From: Minwuia thermotolerans
Lineage (GTDB): Bacteria; Pseudomonadota; Alphaproteobacteria; Minwuiales; Minwuiaceae
Length of the DNA stretch: 24,000 nt
Direction of reading: 5' to 3'
Assembly: GCF_002924445.1 (NCBI RefSeq)
Contig: NZ_PIGG01000053.1
Coordinates: 10,063-34,062 of the forward strand
The notes beneath the pieces were generated by a model, which did not search any database, was not told the origin of the DNA, and saw only the letters and a list, made by a program, of their open reading frames with translations. Every line of letters starts with the position of its first letter. The first letter of the stretch is position 1. The position numbers were made by a program, and so were the translations under genes. Shown here piece by piece: positions 23,538 to 24,000 of the stretch.

Positions 23538-24000
23538 TCAGCTTGGCCGGTTGGCCGCAATCGCCCGCTCGAAGGCGGCGACCGCGGCTCCGGGGCCGCC
23601 CTCGCGGCCCCAGACGCCGTTGACCACGGCCAGGAAATCCGCGCCGGCGCGGACCAGCGGACCGCAGTTCTCCACGGTGATCCCGCCGATGGCCACGCAG
23701 GGGACAGTGGTCATCGAAGACCAGATTTCAATGACATCCGGCGTCACGGACGTCTTCGGCGTTTTGGTGGCGGTGGGAAAGAAGGCGCCGAAGGCGACAT
23801 AGTCCGCGCCCGCGTCGCCCAGTTCCATGGCCCGCTGGCGCGAGTCGTAGCAGGAGACGCCGACTATCGCGTCGTCGCCCACGATGGCGCGCGCTTCCGG
23901 ATAGGGCGTGTCATCCGCGCCCACATGGACACCGTCCGCCCCCATCTCGAAGGCGATGTCGGGCCGGTCGTTGATCAGAAAGGCGACGTCCCGGGCGTGC
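23538..24000 (-). CDS. thiE: Thiamine-phosphate synthase ThiE. The C-terminal part is in the window and the N-terminus runs off the right edge.
   Basis: The track ORF is 23538-23945, but the frame stays open to the window edge. My translation gives ...[30 protein letters not shown]..., matching the ThiE INDR...GADGVHLG block. Downstream are [15 protein letters not shown] and VAIGGIT. Confidence 0.85.
   Translation of the reverse strand, partial: HARDVAFLINDRPDIAFEMGADGVHVGADDTPYPEARAIVGDDAIVGVSCYDSRQRAMELGDAGADYVAFGAFFPTATKTPKTSVTPDVIEIWSSMTTVPCVAIGGITVENCGPLVRAGADFLAVVNGVWGREGGPGAAVAAFERAIAANRPS

Noticed and set aside
1-24000. A search by eye for CRISPR arrays, tRNA/rRNA genes, IS elements or transposases, integrases and riboswitches (for example TPP near thiE).
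   Set aside because: I saw no regularly spaced repeats, no tRNA-like or rRNA-like segments and no transposase- or integrase-like ORFs. The thiE 5' region, where a TPP riboswitch might lie, is outside the window. This was visual reading only, so small RNAs could have been missed.

Overview
This is a 24 kb chromosomal segment from a high-GC bacterium. Flanking lines hand-count at roughly 65-77% GC. The gene order looks alphaproteobacterial: an lptF-lptG-lptD-surA-pdxA-rsmA string divergent from pepA-holC, and a separate F0 ATP synthase operon atpI-B-E-F'-F with duplicated b/b' subunits. Nearly all of the window is tightly packed core housekeeping genes. These also include a tauD-family dioxygenase, bioY, an AhpD/CMD-like protein, a family-IV esterase with a split DUF1214/DUF1254 pair, a MotA/MotB/OmpA-like three-gene module, suhB, efp and thiE. 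The one clear anomaly is a ~2.05 kb low-GC island (~9565-11610, about 30-40% GC on sampled lines) between holC and the tauD-family gene. It carries two abutting genes: a ParA/MinD-class deviant-Walker-A ATPase (9615-10640) and a stand-alone SIR2-like protein (10641-11495) with the full SIR2 NADase-type motif set. SIR2-like domains are known NAD+-depleting effectors in several anti-phage systems. I do not recognise a ParA-type ATPase partner in any named system, so this pair is my top candidate for an undescribed defence system. Many long ORFs in the supplied track are antisense or alternative-frame artefacts of high GC content and were rejected. I saw no tRNA, rRNA, CRISPR array, transposase or integrase, but without tools this was reading only, not a systematic scan.
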